Virus record (IMG/VR): IMGVR_UViG_3300027860_000007
Location: 10,400 to 74,399 of that record
DNA length: 64,000 nt
From: a virus
Strand: one strand, 5' to 3'
In this document: one piece after another, positions 19,868 through 29,640 of the stretch
How the letters are laid out: every line of letters starts with the position of its first letter
Numbering within the stretch: position 1 is the stretch's first letter
The notes under the pieces: model-generated
What the model was told of the DNA's origin: nothing
Databases searched by the model: none
What the model saw: only the letters and a program-made list of their open reading frames with translations
Position numbers and translations under genes: made by a program

Positions 19868-20440
19868 TTTTTCTGCAAGTAAATTTAGCTTAGTTACTAT
19901 TAATAAAGAATATGCAAAAGCATGAGAACGCTTAAAAGCATAACCTTTATTGTCTTTCTCCCATACTTCCTTTTCAATATCTTTCCATGTCTTATCAGCT
20001 AAATATGCTTTTCCAGGTCTAATGATTGCTAACAACATTGCTAATTGTTCTATAGACTTAGGATTTAATTTTTTAACTAAGTGATAGTGATTACTAATAT
20101 GCGGAAGTTTTTTAACTATTTCTTTATCCAATAGCATTTCCCAATTTGGTTCTCTCTTTGATAATTTTTCTATTTGTTCATTTGAAGAAAAATTACTATA
20201 TGCACTATTATTTAAAACGTCTATCTTGATATAACCTAAGTTTTCTGCTTCATTAAAATCTATACTGCTCCAACCAGTTACTGGATCAATAGGAATATCT
20301 TGAACATATATTCCACTATTATGCGGAATAATCTCTTTGCTTTTTATTTTACTAGCAGGAACATGACTAAAAATAGATAAAACATGCTTTCTATCTAACA
20401 CGTCAATGTCAATATCTCCATAATCATTTGGATTATTCAT
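19859..20440 (-). CDS. Minimal DNA polymerase III alpha (DnaE)-like protein
   Basis: DIDIDV, HNSGIY, KIDVL, IIRPG, YAFKRSHA.AY match DnaE PDIDID, HAAG, KFDFL, YRPG, YGFNKSHA motifs in order. Confidence 0.8.
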   Translation of the reverse strand: MNNPNDYGDIDIDVLDRKHVLSIFSHVPASKIKSKEIIPHNSGIYVQDIPIDPVTGWSSIDFNEAENLGYIKIDVLNNSAYSNFSSNEQIEKLSKREPNWEMLLDKEIVKKLPHISNHYHLVKKLNPKSIEQLAMLLAIIRPGKAYLADKTWKDIEKEVWEKDNKGYAFKRSHAFAYSLLIVTKLNLLAEKLR

Positions 20441-20807
20441 TTATTTTTTTCTCTAATCGTTGAATTCTGCTTAAAAGATTTTCTGAAAATCTATCATCTG
20501 TAGTAGTTCTTTCTTCTAATTTTTTATGTTTCATCAAATTATTAACTTGCGAGCGTAAATTAGTAATTTCTCTTTCTTGGTTTTTAATTTTATTTTCTAA
20601 TATCATATTAGATTCAATTAATTGCTTCAAGTATAGCTTTGTGTTTATAACAAAATTTTCACTAGCGACTTTTAATGTAATATCTCCTTGTAACACTTCT
20701 ACTAAGTGTTGACCAGATTTTAAATTATTCAATCCAATAGTATTAATTTTATACTCTTTATTAGGTGCAGAATTGCTATAGATTGCACCAATTATTTCAT
20801 TTTCCAT
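20433..20807 (-). CDS. hypothetical coiled-coil protein
   Basis: ORF in tightly coupled operon. Confidence 0.55.
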   Translation of the reverse strand: MENEIIGAIYSNSAPNKEYKINTIGLNNLKSGQHLVEVLQGDITLKVASENFVINTKLYLKQLIESNMILENKIKNQEREITNLRSQVNNLMKHKKLEERTTTDDRFSENLLSRIQRLEKKINE

Positions 20808-20808
20808 T

Positions 20809-21513
20809 CTACATATCCATTTCTTTAAGAAGTTCTTTACATTCTGCTATTTCTGTTTTACATTTATTAAATCGCAAAGACCATGCAGAATTATCTAATA
20901 AGTTTCCTAATAGCTTATATTGACTTGAATCAAATCTATTTAATAAAGTTTCACTTTTTTGGCTAGTAAAGAATAACCAAGGGCTAATTCTACCATTTCT
21001 CAAATTATCAATTACCCAAGTAGTAACTGAATCTTTATAAAAATCTTGCAATTCGATATTTTTTATTTCGCAATATTCTGACATAAATTCTATCGTTCTA
21101 ACCACTGCAATAACAGGATCCTCTTTAATCAAATATATTTTTAAAAAAGTTTCATATACAGATTTTTTTGACCAATCTTTGATTTTAAAGTTACCTAATA
21201 CTAAATATTCGATATAGCTATCGCAATCAAATATAAGCTGTTCATTTAGCCATTTACCAAAACTAAGGAAATCACAGTATAATTGACTGTTAATAAAATG
21301 TTCAAAACTTATTTCTCTATCATTAGTAAGTTTATAAAAAAGTTGATAAGTACGAAATCCCATTACACTATGCTCATTATCTTTGTCTTGCCATCTCATT
21401 TTTTTAACACAAGAATGAGCTATTATACTAGATTCTCTTAAGAATTCTTTGTTACAGAATGAACAAAAATGCTGAGATTTCTTATTTGCTTTTGGCATTT
21501 TTAAACTGCTCAA
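20809..21513 (-). CDS. Zinc-finger-containing hypothetical protein
   Basis: CSFC.K.F......AH.C N-terminus. Confidence 0.6.
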   Translation of the reverse strand: MSSLKMPKANKKSQHFCSFCNKEFLRESSIIAHSCVKKMRWQDKDNEHSVMGFRTYQLFYKLTNDREISFEHFINSQLYCDFLSFGKWLNEQLIFDCDSYIEYLVLGNFKIKDWSKKSVYETFLKIYLIKEDPVIAVVRTIEFMSEYCEIKNIELQDFYKDSVTTWVIDNLRNGRISPWLFFTSQKSETLLNRFDSSQYKLLGNLLDNSAWSLRFNKCKTEIAECKELLKEMDM

Positions 21514-21997
21514 CTAAAACTTTAATTTCTTTATCTGATAAGGCATAATCTTTAGCAAGTTTTACAAAAGATTCTTCAGAGGTAATCTTTATGAAAACTT
21601 TAAATTCTAAGTCATTCATGTTTGGATTTACAATTTTGACAAAATCATATAATTTTTCATTAAAAAGTTTTTTACTTACTGGTATCCACTCATGATATAT
21701 CTTTTTTCCCAAGCCAACAATAGCCATAAGTCTATGCTGTAAGTCTGGAAATTTAGTAAGTGTCCAAAAATCTTGATTTACTATCTCATTAATCATAGTT
21801 AAGTAATACTCATGTAATCCGTTTTGATTAGATGCACTGCTTAAAAACCGCATTAAAACTAACGGAACATATTTTTTTTGCTGTTCTGGTAACAAATTGT
21901 CATAATAAAATCTTTCACGCATATCAATAGCTGTTAGACATTTAGTTAAGTCTAATTTTTCTTTATTGAGAGCTTTATCTACTAAATTATTTTTCAT
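21482..21997 (-). CDS. Clamp-loader small subunit (T4 gp62-like)
   Basis: YVP.VLMRFLS...INE..N...LQ pattern; replication cluster context. Confidence 0.5.
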   Translation of the reverse strand: MKNNLVDKALNKEKLDLTKCLTAIDMRERFYYDNLLPEQQKKYVPLVLMRFLSSASNQNGLHEYYLTMINEIVNQDFWTLTKFPDLQHRLMAIVGLGKKIYHEWIPVSKKLFNEKLYDFVKIVNPNMNDLEFKVFIKITSEESFVKLAKDYALSDKEIKVLVEQFKNAKSK

Positions 21998-22076
21998 ATA
22001 TTTCTATCGTAACATAATTATTGATTTTTTTCAAATTTAATAAATACTATTAGATTTTATATTTAAGGAGTACATC

Positions 22077-22424
22077 GTGGGAAAACCTATTAATCCAAGA
22101 AACTTTGGTCAAACTGGAATTCAAATTAATTTTTGGAACGGTTCATCTGTTATTACTGGCTATATAGTAAAACAAACTGGAACCAATCGTTATAATGTTT
22201 CTAACGACAATGGAACAGTTACTGATACTGTATATTTGCAATTAGCAGCTCCTAGTGCTGCTGGACAAGGTCAAATACCCTTAGCTTTATTTGGTGGTGG
22301 AACAGCATATGCAAGTGTTGTACTAACAAATTTAGTAAGAACATTTGAAGACTATGAATTGGCTTGGTCACTTGGTGGAAGTCCTGTTGATGCAAACCAT
22401 TGTACGATTACTCAAAACTCTTAA
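22077..22424 (+). CDS. Probable virion structural protein
   Basis: GTG start with AAGGAG RBS, ATAAATA at 22040, G/T/A-rich sequence, own terminator. Confidence 0.6.
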   Translation: MGKPINPRNFGQTGIQINFWNGSSVITGYIVKQTGTNRYNVSNDNGTVTDTVYLQLAAPSAAGQGQIPLALFGGGTAYASVVLTNLVRTFEDYELAWSLGGSPVDANHCTITQNS

Positions 22425-22450
22425 AATTTTCCTTTATTGTATTTTTGTTA

Positions 22451-22482
22451 AAAATGCCATCATTAAATTGGTGGCATTTTTT
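22451..22482. terminator. Bidirectional intrinsic terminator
   Basis: AAAATGCCATCA-TTAAAT-TGGTGGCATTTT plus T-run, between convergent genes. Confidence 0.8.
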
Positions 22483-22989
22483 TTATATAAAACTTTCTAA
22501 ATTAAACTTACCTAGTTTTTTTTGTTGAGGTTCATTAATTATAAAAATGCAATCTGGAGAAGCATTATTATTAATTGGAACTAATAAAAAGTTTTGGGGA
22601 TTTATTTTTGGAACTGTCCAATAAACTTCAGTATATACGTTTTTTGGTGTAATTGGCATAAATTTTTGCATTATACCTTTTATAGGATTATAAGTTAGTG
22701 CACAAAAATTTCTAGTATTTATTTCATGAACTTGTACAAGTTCTACATCACCTGTTTCAGGATCTCCTAGCAAGATACTCCATTCACATGGTATTTTTAT
22801 AGAATAATTACCTATGCTAAATTCTATAGCAGCATCATTAAAAGTTTCTGTCATTACTAGCGGTCTAAAAAAATAATCAGGATTGTTTTTATCGCTAAAA
22901 TCAAAAACGCTAAAATGAACGCTATCATTTAATACGGATCTAACTTGATTTAAATCAAAAATAGTATTTTCATTTGTTAATATGTACAT
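22483..22989 (-). CDS. hypothetical protein
   Basis: Intact ORF; sigma70 promoter TTGACT(23055-23050)-17-TAATAT. Confidence 0.6.
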   Translation of the reverse strand: MYILTNENTIFDLNQVRSVLNDSVHFSVFDFSDKNNPDYFFRPLVMTETFNDAAIEFSIGNYSIKIPCEWSILLGDPETGDVELVQVHEINTRNFCALTYNPIKGIMQKFMPITPKNVYTEVYWTVPKINPQNFLLVPINNNASPDCIFIINEPQQKKLGKFNLESFI

Positions 22990-23057
22990 TATTAATTACT
23001 TTTAATTAAAATTTTATCATTGTTATATATTAACATAAGATAAAAGTTAAGTCAAAA

Positions 23058-23372
23058 TTAATGTTTAATAATATTCATGTGTTTTTCTATTATATGTTGA
23101 ATTAAAATCATTTGTTCGTGGCTTAAAGTGGCAATTACATCAATAAGTGGTTTTGATATTTCATAACTTTCTTTAGTTACTTCCGTAAAAACCAAAGCCA
23201 TATATTCTTTTTCGTTATGTGGCAATGAAGTATAAAAATAAGTACAAAAATCCAAGAACGCAAGCTGTTCAGGAGAAAACTGTTTAACAGAATCTTTTAA
23301 ATTTTCTTTTATGTCTATTTTCTTTTTAAACCAGCTCATCAGTTTCCTCATTAAAATTTTTTTCAATATCAT
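23058..23372 (-). CDS. hypothetical protein
   Basis: ORF; start probably at internal Met (MSWFKK). Confidence 0.45.
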   Translation of the reverse strand: MILKKILMRKLMSWFKKKIDIKENLKDSVKQFSPEQLAFLDFCTYFYTSLPHNEKEYMALVFTEVTKESYEISKPLIDVIATLSHEQMILIQHIIEKHMNIIKH

Positions 23373-23979
23373 TTTTTAATTTATAATAGTCTTTAATTAT
23401 AAATTCGTAATCTGAAAAATTTATGCTATAACAATAATTTTCCAAAAATGTTAATTTTAAATAGTTAAATATTTTCATATTTTTACAAGAAATATATAGT
23501 AAATTTTCTTTTTGAAATGCTTTATAATCTTTATCATTAAAATTATTTTTGAGATAATCTAAATTATAATAATATTTTATTGGGTTTATTAACTTATTAT
23601 TAACTTTTACTAAGATAGGATATTCCTCTAAAATTTCTAATGACTTAAAAAGATCTGTCTCATTGAAAATATCTCTAAAAATATTATTTTCATGTTCAAT
23701 TTTATTTAAAATCCTTACTAAAGATCTTCCTAAACACAATTTAACAAACAATTCTAATAGTTCTTGCTTTTGAGTAATAGAAAATCTATCGTTTAAAAAT
23801 ACTAATTCTCTTGTTTCAAAAAGAATTTTTGTTCCATTTACCATTAAATTAACTAAAAATCCTAAATTATCTGAAGTTCCACATATTTCTTTTGTTTTTT
23901 TATCACGCACCGCATAATAATTTGTAAGACAGATTAGTCTCTTTTCATTTAATTTAATATGTGGAATAAATTTGCTCAT
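23326..23979 (-). CDS. hypothetical protein
   Basis: Intact ORF downstream of a strong promoter. Confidence 0.55.
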   Translation of the reverse strand: MSKFIPHIKLNEKRLICLTNYYAVRDKKTKEICGTSDNLGFLVNLMVNGTKILFETRELVFLNDRFSITQKQELLELFVKLCLGRSLVRILNKIEHENNIFRDIFNETDLFKSLEILEEYPILVKVNNKLINPIKYYYNLDYLKNNFNDKDYKAFQKENLLYISCKNMKIFNYLKLTFLENYCYSINFSDYEFIIKDYYKLKNDIEKNFNEETDELV

Positions 23980-23986
23980 GTTTTCT

Positions 23987-24056
23987 ACTATAAAATAAAA
24001 TTTTAATCATGTCAAGGAAAAAAATTTATTGACAATAAATTTATATTTGATATGAT
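23987..24056. promoter_or_regulatory. Back-to-back divergent sigma70 promoters
   Basis: Minus: TTGACA (24015-24010)-17-TATAGT; plus: TTGACA (24029-24034)-16-TATGAT with TG extension. Confidence 0.75.
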
Positions 24057-24080
24057 TATCAAATAAACAAAGGAGTTTTA

Positions 24081-24308
24081 ATGATAGCCGTACATGTTAA
24101 AAACCATTTAGATCAAAACAGTGAATGGGAATTTTTTGGTGTTTTTACAGATGCAAAAGCAGCATGTTTAGAAACAACCAAATTAAAAAGTTATTTTGAA
24201 CCTATAATATGGAATGGGGAAGACATTAGTACCTATGAACCAAAATTTAAATTTTCTGCTTGTAATATTGATGAATCAAGGATGAAAAAAATAATTAGTA
24301 CTATTTAA
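24081..24308 (+). CDS. hypothetical early protein
   Basis: AAGGAG RBS and promoter. Confidence 0.65.
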   Translation: MIAVHVKNHLDQNSEWEFFGVFTDAKAACLETTKLKSYFEPIIWNGEDISTYEPKFKFSACNIDESRMKKIISTI

Positions 24309-25771
24309 GAAAATTCATTAGTATCAATTTTATTGATACTAAATGGGAATTTTTGTTCTTTGTAGAACTTTTTTCTTTCTGTTAAATGCTTTTTACTATA
24401 TTTAGTGGTACTACAAAAATCATAAATTATAGCAAAATCTTTATCAGATGCACGCCTTAGACTTCTACCTATACTTTGTATAACCTTTACAAAACTTTTT
24501 CCAGCTTCTAAAAAGACAAGATTGTAAATTCTTGGGATATTAATACCCGTGGAAGCTACACCAAAAGTTGCAATTATTATTTTATTGTTTTCAGTAGCAA
24601 TTTTATCATATTCTTCTTTTCTATCATCAACTTTAACAGCTCCGCTAATAAAAATACTATCCTTAATAATACTTTCAAGATACTTTCCAGTCTTGATATT
24701 CTGCACTAATACTAACGTATTTCCGTCTTCACTTATAACATTAACAAATTTTGCTAAAACATTTAATCTTGTTTTATCACTAGTTAAAAAAGCAGTTTCT
24801 TCTTGGTAAGTTCTAAAAGTTGCTGAACTTTCTAATTGCATAATTTGAATTTCACAATTACTTAACACGCCAATCGCTTGTAAATCGCTGGCTGTAATTT
24901 TATTAATTACGTTACCTATACATGCAGAAATGGCTATTTTAAGATGTTCTTCTTTAGGTAAAGTTCCAGTTAATCCCCATCTAATAGGAACATTTCTAAA
25001 AGCTCTGGTTAATAAATTAGTTAGACAAGCCGCAGAACTATTATGTGCCTCATCTACAATTACAGCAACTACATCATCTACCATATCATCTATAGTATAA
25101 TCACAATTTTCTAATTTTGATTTTTTTTGTAGCATTTCAAGACTTTGCCAAGTACAAATAGTATGCTGCTTTCTAAGGTCTTTTTGATCTCCAAAATAAA
25201 CACCTACATCTATGCCAAGTAGTAAAAAGTCTTCATGTGTTTGTTTAACTAATTGTTTATTAGGAACAATTAGTATTGTTTTGCCAAGATGTTCTACTTG
25301 TTTGCATAACGTAGCAGATAAAATAGTTTTACCAGCAGAAGTTGGAACAATTTGAACACCTTGTAAATTTTTAAGACACGCATTAACCACTTCTACTTGA
25401 TGTGGCATCAAAATTATTGGTTGATCTGGTCTTGTAGGATGATTAGATGGCCATTTATTATTAGAAATAACATTTTCATCTATAGGATTAAAACTTATAT
25501 TATGAGAAATTCTCAAATCATCTATGTCAATAGCGTAATTATCTTGTTCAATAAGTGGTATTACATATGATAGTAAATTAATTTGTGTATTACCACCTAC
25601 TGAAAAATAGGATACTTTACCATCCCAGCGTCCTAATCTAACACTTGGAAGAAATCTTGCATTAGGAACTGTAAATTTTAATGCAGCTACACATTTTCTA
25701 ATAGTAGCTGGCTCTAAACCAGTTAATTTACAATTCACTTCATCAAGAATAGTAATTAAACATTTTTTCAT
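24305..25771 (-). CDS. uvsW: UvsW-like SF2 DNA helicase
   Basis: WDGK, PTSAGKT, DEAH, GLTGT, STGINIP, QSIGR. Confidence 0.9.
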   Translation of the reverse strand: MKKCLITILDEVNCKLTGLEPATIRKCVAALKFTVPNARFLPSVRLGRWDGKVSYFSVGGNTQINLLSYVIPLIEQDNYAIDIDDLRISHNISFNPIDENVISNNKWPSNHPTRPDQPIILMPHQVEVVNACLKNLQGVQIVPTSAGKTILSATLCKQVEHLGKTILIVPNKQLVKQTHEDFLLLGIDVGVYFGDQKDLRKQHTICTWQSLEMLQKKSKLENCDYTIDDMVDDVVAVIVDEAHNSSAACLTNLLTRAFRNVPIRWGLTGTLPKEEHLKIAISACIGNVINKITASDLQAIGVLSNCEIQIMQLESSATFRTYQEETAFLTSDKTRLNVLAKFVNVISEDGNTLVLVQNIKTGKYLESIIKDSIFISGAVKVDDRKEEYDKIATENNKIIIATFGVASTGINIPRIYNLVFLEAGKSFVKVIQSIGRSLRRASDKDFAIIYDFCSTTKYSKKHLTERKKFYKEQKFPFSINKIDTNEFS

Positions 25772-25773
25772 AG

Positions 25774-26829
25774 TTATTCTGTAGCGTTGCCAAAAACGTG
25801 TGGATGATCTTTCATTAACATATCGAGTTGTTCGTCAGTAATGTTTTTTCTAAATTCTTTAAATTCTCCACTTTTACCACTATAAGCATATCTATTACCT
25901 TCTTTAATTAGAATCTTATTAGATTCAAAGAAATCAAAAAGTCCACTATATTCATCCATGCCTTTATCAAAGGGTATATTGATAGATACTTGTTTAAAAA
26001 TAGCTGAATGGTTAAATCTAGTTTTAGTAACTACACAAACAGCACGAATACCGCTTACTTCAGTAGTTTTATTTCCGTCCTCATCTTCTTTTAATTTTGA
26101 TTTTCTCATTGCCAAAATAATAGAAGAAGCATACATAAACCCATTACCTCCACTAACCACTGGATCTGGAGAAAACATATTTTGACTACTATAAGTATGG
26201 TTAGTTGCAACTACTCCAATATTAAACCTAGCCATTTTTCTATTACAAAAATTAACCAAATGCTTTAGCGTTTTTGCTTTCCTTCCCATATCTCCTTTTA
26301 AATCTCCAGTTTCTGCCTGATTTATTTCAGTTATAGTCATCAACATTCCTAGAGAATCAATAACAAATAATACTGGAGGTTGTTCTTTTAATGGAAGATT
26401 TCCGTGATCTTTTTCATATTCATCCATAAAATCAGAAATAAATTTACTGACATCATCTACCATGGTTATACCAACTTTTAAAAGTTTTTCTTCGCTGGTA
26501 TCAACATCAAGAGCTTGTAACCATTGTTCATCTATTGCATTTTCAGTATCAATAATAATAGTATAAATGCCTTGTTTTTGAGCATTTCTTACTATGTTAC
26601 CACTAGAAATAAAACTTTTCCCTGAACCACTTTCACCTGCAAGCATGGTAACTCTACTCATAGGAATTCCTTTATTGAAATCTCCACTTATCAAATAGTT
26701 AAGTGTATAATTTCCTGTACTTATCCATAGCTCTGGATCTGTATCAAATCCTACGTTGATACCCTCAATATTTTTTGTAATAGTTTTTCTAAATTTGCTT
26801 ACATCTAATGCTTTAGTCAAATTAGCCAT
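25774..26829 (-). CDS. uvsX: RecA/UvsX recombinase
   Basis: GESGSGKS, IDTE, IDSL, GDMG, TNH, SGG motifs. Confidence 0.9.
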   Translation of the reverse strand: MANLTKALDVSKFRKTITKNIEGINVGFDTDPELWISTGNYTLNYLISGDFNKGIPMSRVTMLAGESGSGKSFISSGNIVRNAQKQGIYTIIIDTENAIDEQWLQALDVDTSEEKLLKVGITMVDDVSKFISDFMDEYEKDHGNLPLKEQPPVLFVIDSLGMLMTITEINQAETGDLKGDMGRKAKTLKHLVNFCNRKMARFNIGVVATNHTYSSQNMFSPDPVVSGGNGFMYASSIILAMRKSKLKEDEDGNKTTEVSGIRAVCVVTKTRFNHSAIFKQVSINIPFDKGMDEYSGLFDFFESNKILIKEGNRYAYSGKSGEFKEFRKNITDEQLDMLMKDHPHVFGNATE

Positions 26830-26855
26830 AGTTTTATCTTTCTTAAACTTAAACG

Positions 26856-26893
26856 AAAAAAGAAACAGTACAGCATTAACTATACTGTTTCTT
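26856..26893 (-). terminator. Intrinsic terminator after gp32
   Basis: AAGAAACAGTA/TACTGTTTCTT stem with T-run on the minus strand. Confidence 0.7.
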
Positions 26894-26903
26894 TATTATT
26901 ATC

Positions 26904-27908
26904 TTAGTTTTGTTTATTAGCTCTTAATTTTGCCAAAACATCTCTAACATCTTTGGTAGGCTTTTTAGCTTCTTCTACTACTGGTGCTACTTTTGCAACA
27001 GGAGCTGAATAAGATTCTTCAGTTTCATATTCATCTGAAGAAGTTTCGACTACTTTTGGTGTATATACTTTTGGTTGAGAAGCAGTATTACCACCATTAT
27101 TATTCAAGCCATATGGTCTAAAGATTTTAAATTTTTCTTGATCAAATAGTTCACCATTAATACTCGCTTCAAACAATTCCATCATGAGCGTTAGATAAGT
27201 ACTATCTGGTTCCTTTGACAAGAATTTAGAAAGATCAAATAATCCGTATTGCTCAATAGCTTCACGCTCCGTTTGATTTAGACTTCTTGGCTTTCTTGAA
27301 AAACTACTATTATCATAGTTTGCATATTGACCTTGTTTAGTTTTAACAATTCTAAAATCCAAACCATTATCATAATCAGTAGGTAGTACATCTTCCATAT
27401 CAGGATCTTTGATTGCAGCAATAATTTTATCATGCAAGCTCTGATTTAGAACAAAACGTCTAATTGGATTTTCTGGAACATTTTCCTCCTTAAGAACGCT
27501 GTTACATACAAATCCTTGGTAAATGTAACTTACTTTTCTATAATAAGTTCTAGCCAATGCTTTTTCTGCATCAGTACCATTCCACCAATTAAGACTTTTT
27601 ATTTCTTCTTGAATTGGACATTTTTTATTAAAGGTTTCTGGACAAGTAATAGATACTTTTAAAGGTTTTTCTATACTTGCACCCAAAACTCCAGGAAATG
27701 GAAGATTAATAGTTTTTTTAGAAACATGGAACCAGCCATTATCAGGATTACCATCTGGTAAAAACCTTACATGTGCGGTTGAGTTATCTGGAATGTTCCA
27801 AAAAGGATAACTAGCATTATCGCTAGTATTTTCAAATTTTTTCCCTTTATTAGTTTCTTGTTCGATTAGTTTTGCTCTCATTTGAGCCAAAGATAGTTTT
27901 TCTGTCAT
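26904..27908 (-). CDS. Single-stranded DNA-binding protein (T4 gp32-like)
   Basis: VRFLP, C......CP, D...G.DF...K...Y..S pattern; next to uvsX. Confidence 0.85.
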   Translation of the reverse strand: MTEKLSLAQMRAKLIEQETNKGKKFENTSDNASYPFWNIPDNSTAHVRFLPDGNPDNGWFHVSKKTINLPFPGVLGASIEKPLKVSITCPETFNKKCPIQEEIKSLNWWNGTDAEKALARTYYRKVSYIYQGFVCNSVLKEENVPENPIRRFVLNQSLHDKIIAAIKDPDMEDVLPTDYDNGLDFRIVKTKQGQYANYDNSSFSRKPRSLNQTEREAIEQYGLFDLSKFLSKEPDSTYLTLMMELFEASINGELFDQEKFKIFRPYGLNNNGGNTASQPKVYTPKVVETSSDEYETEESYSAPVAKVAPVVEEAKKPTKDVRDVLAKLRANKQN

Positions 27909-27912
27909 AATT

Positions 27913-27950
27913 AATTTGCCTATAAAAATTTGCCTATAAAAATTTGCCTA
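27913..27950 (-). repeat. 14-bp tandem repeat x2.7 in gp32 leader
   Basis: AATTTGCCTATAAA AATTTGCCTATAAA AATTTGCCTA on plus strand. Confidence 0.9.
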
Positions 27951-28045
27951 GATGTACCACTTTCATCGTACAACACAATATATAATTAACATATATTGAA
28001 AAGTTACCTAACATTTTAATTAAATGTTTATCAACTTATATTATT

Positions 28046-28074
28046 ATATTATAGAAATTGGAGTAATTAGTCAA
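28046..28074 (-). promoter_or_regulatory. sigma70-type promoter for gp32
   Basis: TTGACT-17-TAATAT on minus strand. Confidence 0.6.
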
Positions 28075-28104
28075 AATTAAAATACATTTTAATTAAAATT
28101 AAAG

Positions 28105-28140
28105 AAAAAGCTCATAATCATTTAAGAATATGAGCTTTTT
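28105..28140. terminator. Intrinsic terminator
   Basis: AAAAAGCTCATA...TATGAGCTTTTT stem downstream of gene 28163-29599. Confidence 0.7.
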
Positions 28141-28162
28141 AAGGTTGAGAGAAAAAAATTTA

Positions 28163-29599
28163 TTATTTTTCTTCTTGTAATAATTTATATTGAATATCTC
28201 TAATTTCATAAAAAATATCATCTATATCACTACGGGATTCCACATGACTCCAATCTGGCATTAAATCTAAAAGAGCTAACAAATATTTTTTTGCAGTACC
28301 TAATTTTTTAAAACCATCACCCATAACTAAGCTAAACCCATTTGACATAAGAGAAACTTGATACATATTATTTTCTTTAAGATTTGGTTTACCTTTCCAT
28401 CCAGTGTTAGTAAATCCTTTATGAATAACAAGCCCACCTTTTTGTACTATAATCTTAGCTTCATGTTCAGCATCATAGCCTGCTGGTAACTTTATATGTG
28501 TTAGTTTTTCCTCTTTAGCTTCTGAAATTTCTTCAGATTCCTCACATCTTTTTTTCCAAATAGAATTAAGTTTCTGTATCAATTCTTTTTTTTCAGGTGT
28601 AGGATTAATTTTATATTCAAATTTAAGTTTTTGAAGTTTTATTAAAATAGCACTATCTGGAGCAGTTTCCCATTTTATTGGTGTCATAACTGCTTCTGTG
28701 ATACTCATACTGGCTAGTTCCTTTTCAACTTTATCTTTTAATTTTAATAAAGCAGGATCAATAACTTCTCCTGATAATTCTCTTTTAGAAATTTTTGCTA
28801 AAAATATTTTTTTATCTAATATTTTTATTTCTTTTACAATTTTCTTAAGTTCATTATCTATTTCATGAGAAGGATTTTTATAAAATTCATTAGCTAATTC
28901 ATCACTTTTTTTACTTAATGCAGCACGTTTTGAAATTAAAGGATCAATGTCGTTTACTTTATATTCACTTTTAAGTACTTTTTCAAGTTGCTCTTTCTTT
29001 GAGAGCAATCTATCATCAACTATTCTTCCTTGCATTTCTATTTTTTTATTAACTGCTGCAAGCATATCTTCAATATCTTGTTTTGAAAAGGATTCATTAA
29101 TATTTTTTTCTTGATCTCTTGCTCTTTTTTCGTTTTTATCACCTAAGTGTTTATTATAATCCATTGCAGCAAGTTTGGCTGCTTTTTGAGATAAGTAATG
29201 TCCTACGACTTTATCTGCCTTTTCTGCATCCCACATTACATATACTGCCCATTTTCCAGCCTTATCATCAAATTCATAATAATAATGTTTTTCAAATGGT
29301 GCAGGGAAATCTAAGACTTCTTCTTTAAGATTACTATATGTATCTGTTAGTTTAGCTCTTTCATCGTAAATAGAATCAAGTTTTCTTTCTAAGCTAGCTA
29401 TTTTATCTTTATTGTTTTCAGTAGCATATAAATCTATTAGTTCTGACAAAATCTCATCACACATTTTTACAAGTTCATCTTCTTTTTTTCTAACTTGTTT
29501 TTTACTAATAAATTGACCTTTTTCTGGAAAAGTCAAAACTTGACTTTCAAAAAGTGCTTTATCTTTACTTAATTGATCTAGTAATATTTCATTTGTCAT
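28163..29599 (-). CDS. Highly charged late protein with repeated IxE sites (internal head/scaffold-like)
   Basis: K/E-rich; NINES, SITEA, EISEA; ATAAATA at 29626-29632 (-); next to terminase. Confidence 0.5.
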   Translation of the reverse strand: MTNEILLDQLSKDKALFESQVLTFPEKGQFISKKQVRKKEDELVKMCDEILSELIDLYATENNKDKIASLERKLDSIYDERAKLTDTYSNLKEEVLDFPAPFEKHYYYEFDDKAGKWAVYVMWDAEKADKVVGHYLSQKAAKLAAMDYNKHLGDKNEKRARDQEKNINESFSKQDIEDMLAAVNKKIEMQGRIVDDRLLSKKEQLEKVLKSEYKVNDIDPLISKRAALSKKSDELANEFYKNPSHEIDNELKKIVKEIKILDKKIFLAKISKRELSGEVIDPALLKLKDKVEKELASMSITEAVMTPIKWETAPDSAILIKLQKLKFEYKINPTPEKKELIQKLNSIWKKRCEESEEISEAKEEKLTHIKLPAGYDAEHEAKIIVQKGGLVIHKGFTNTGWKGKPNLKENNMYQVSLMSNGFSLVMGDGFKKLGTAKKYLLALLDLMPDWSHVESRSDIDDIFYEIRDIQYKLLQEEK

Positions 29600-29640
29600 T
29601 GGTAAAATTCCTTATAATTTAATTATATTTATTAAAAAAT

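Noticed and set aside
27913-27950. CRISPR array
   Set aside because: Repeats are directly adjacent 14-mers with no spacers; no repeat-spacer array was seen anywhere in the window
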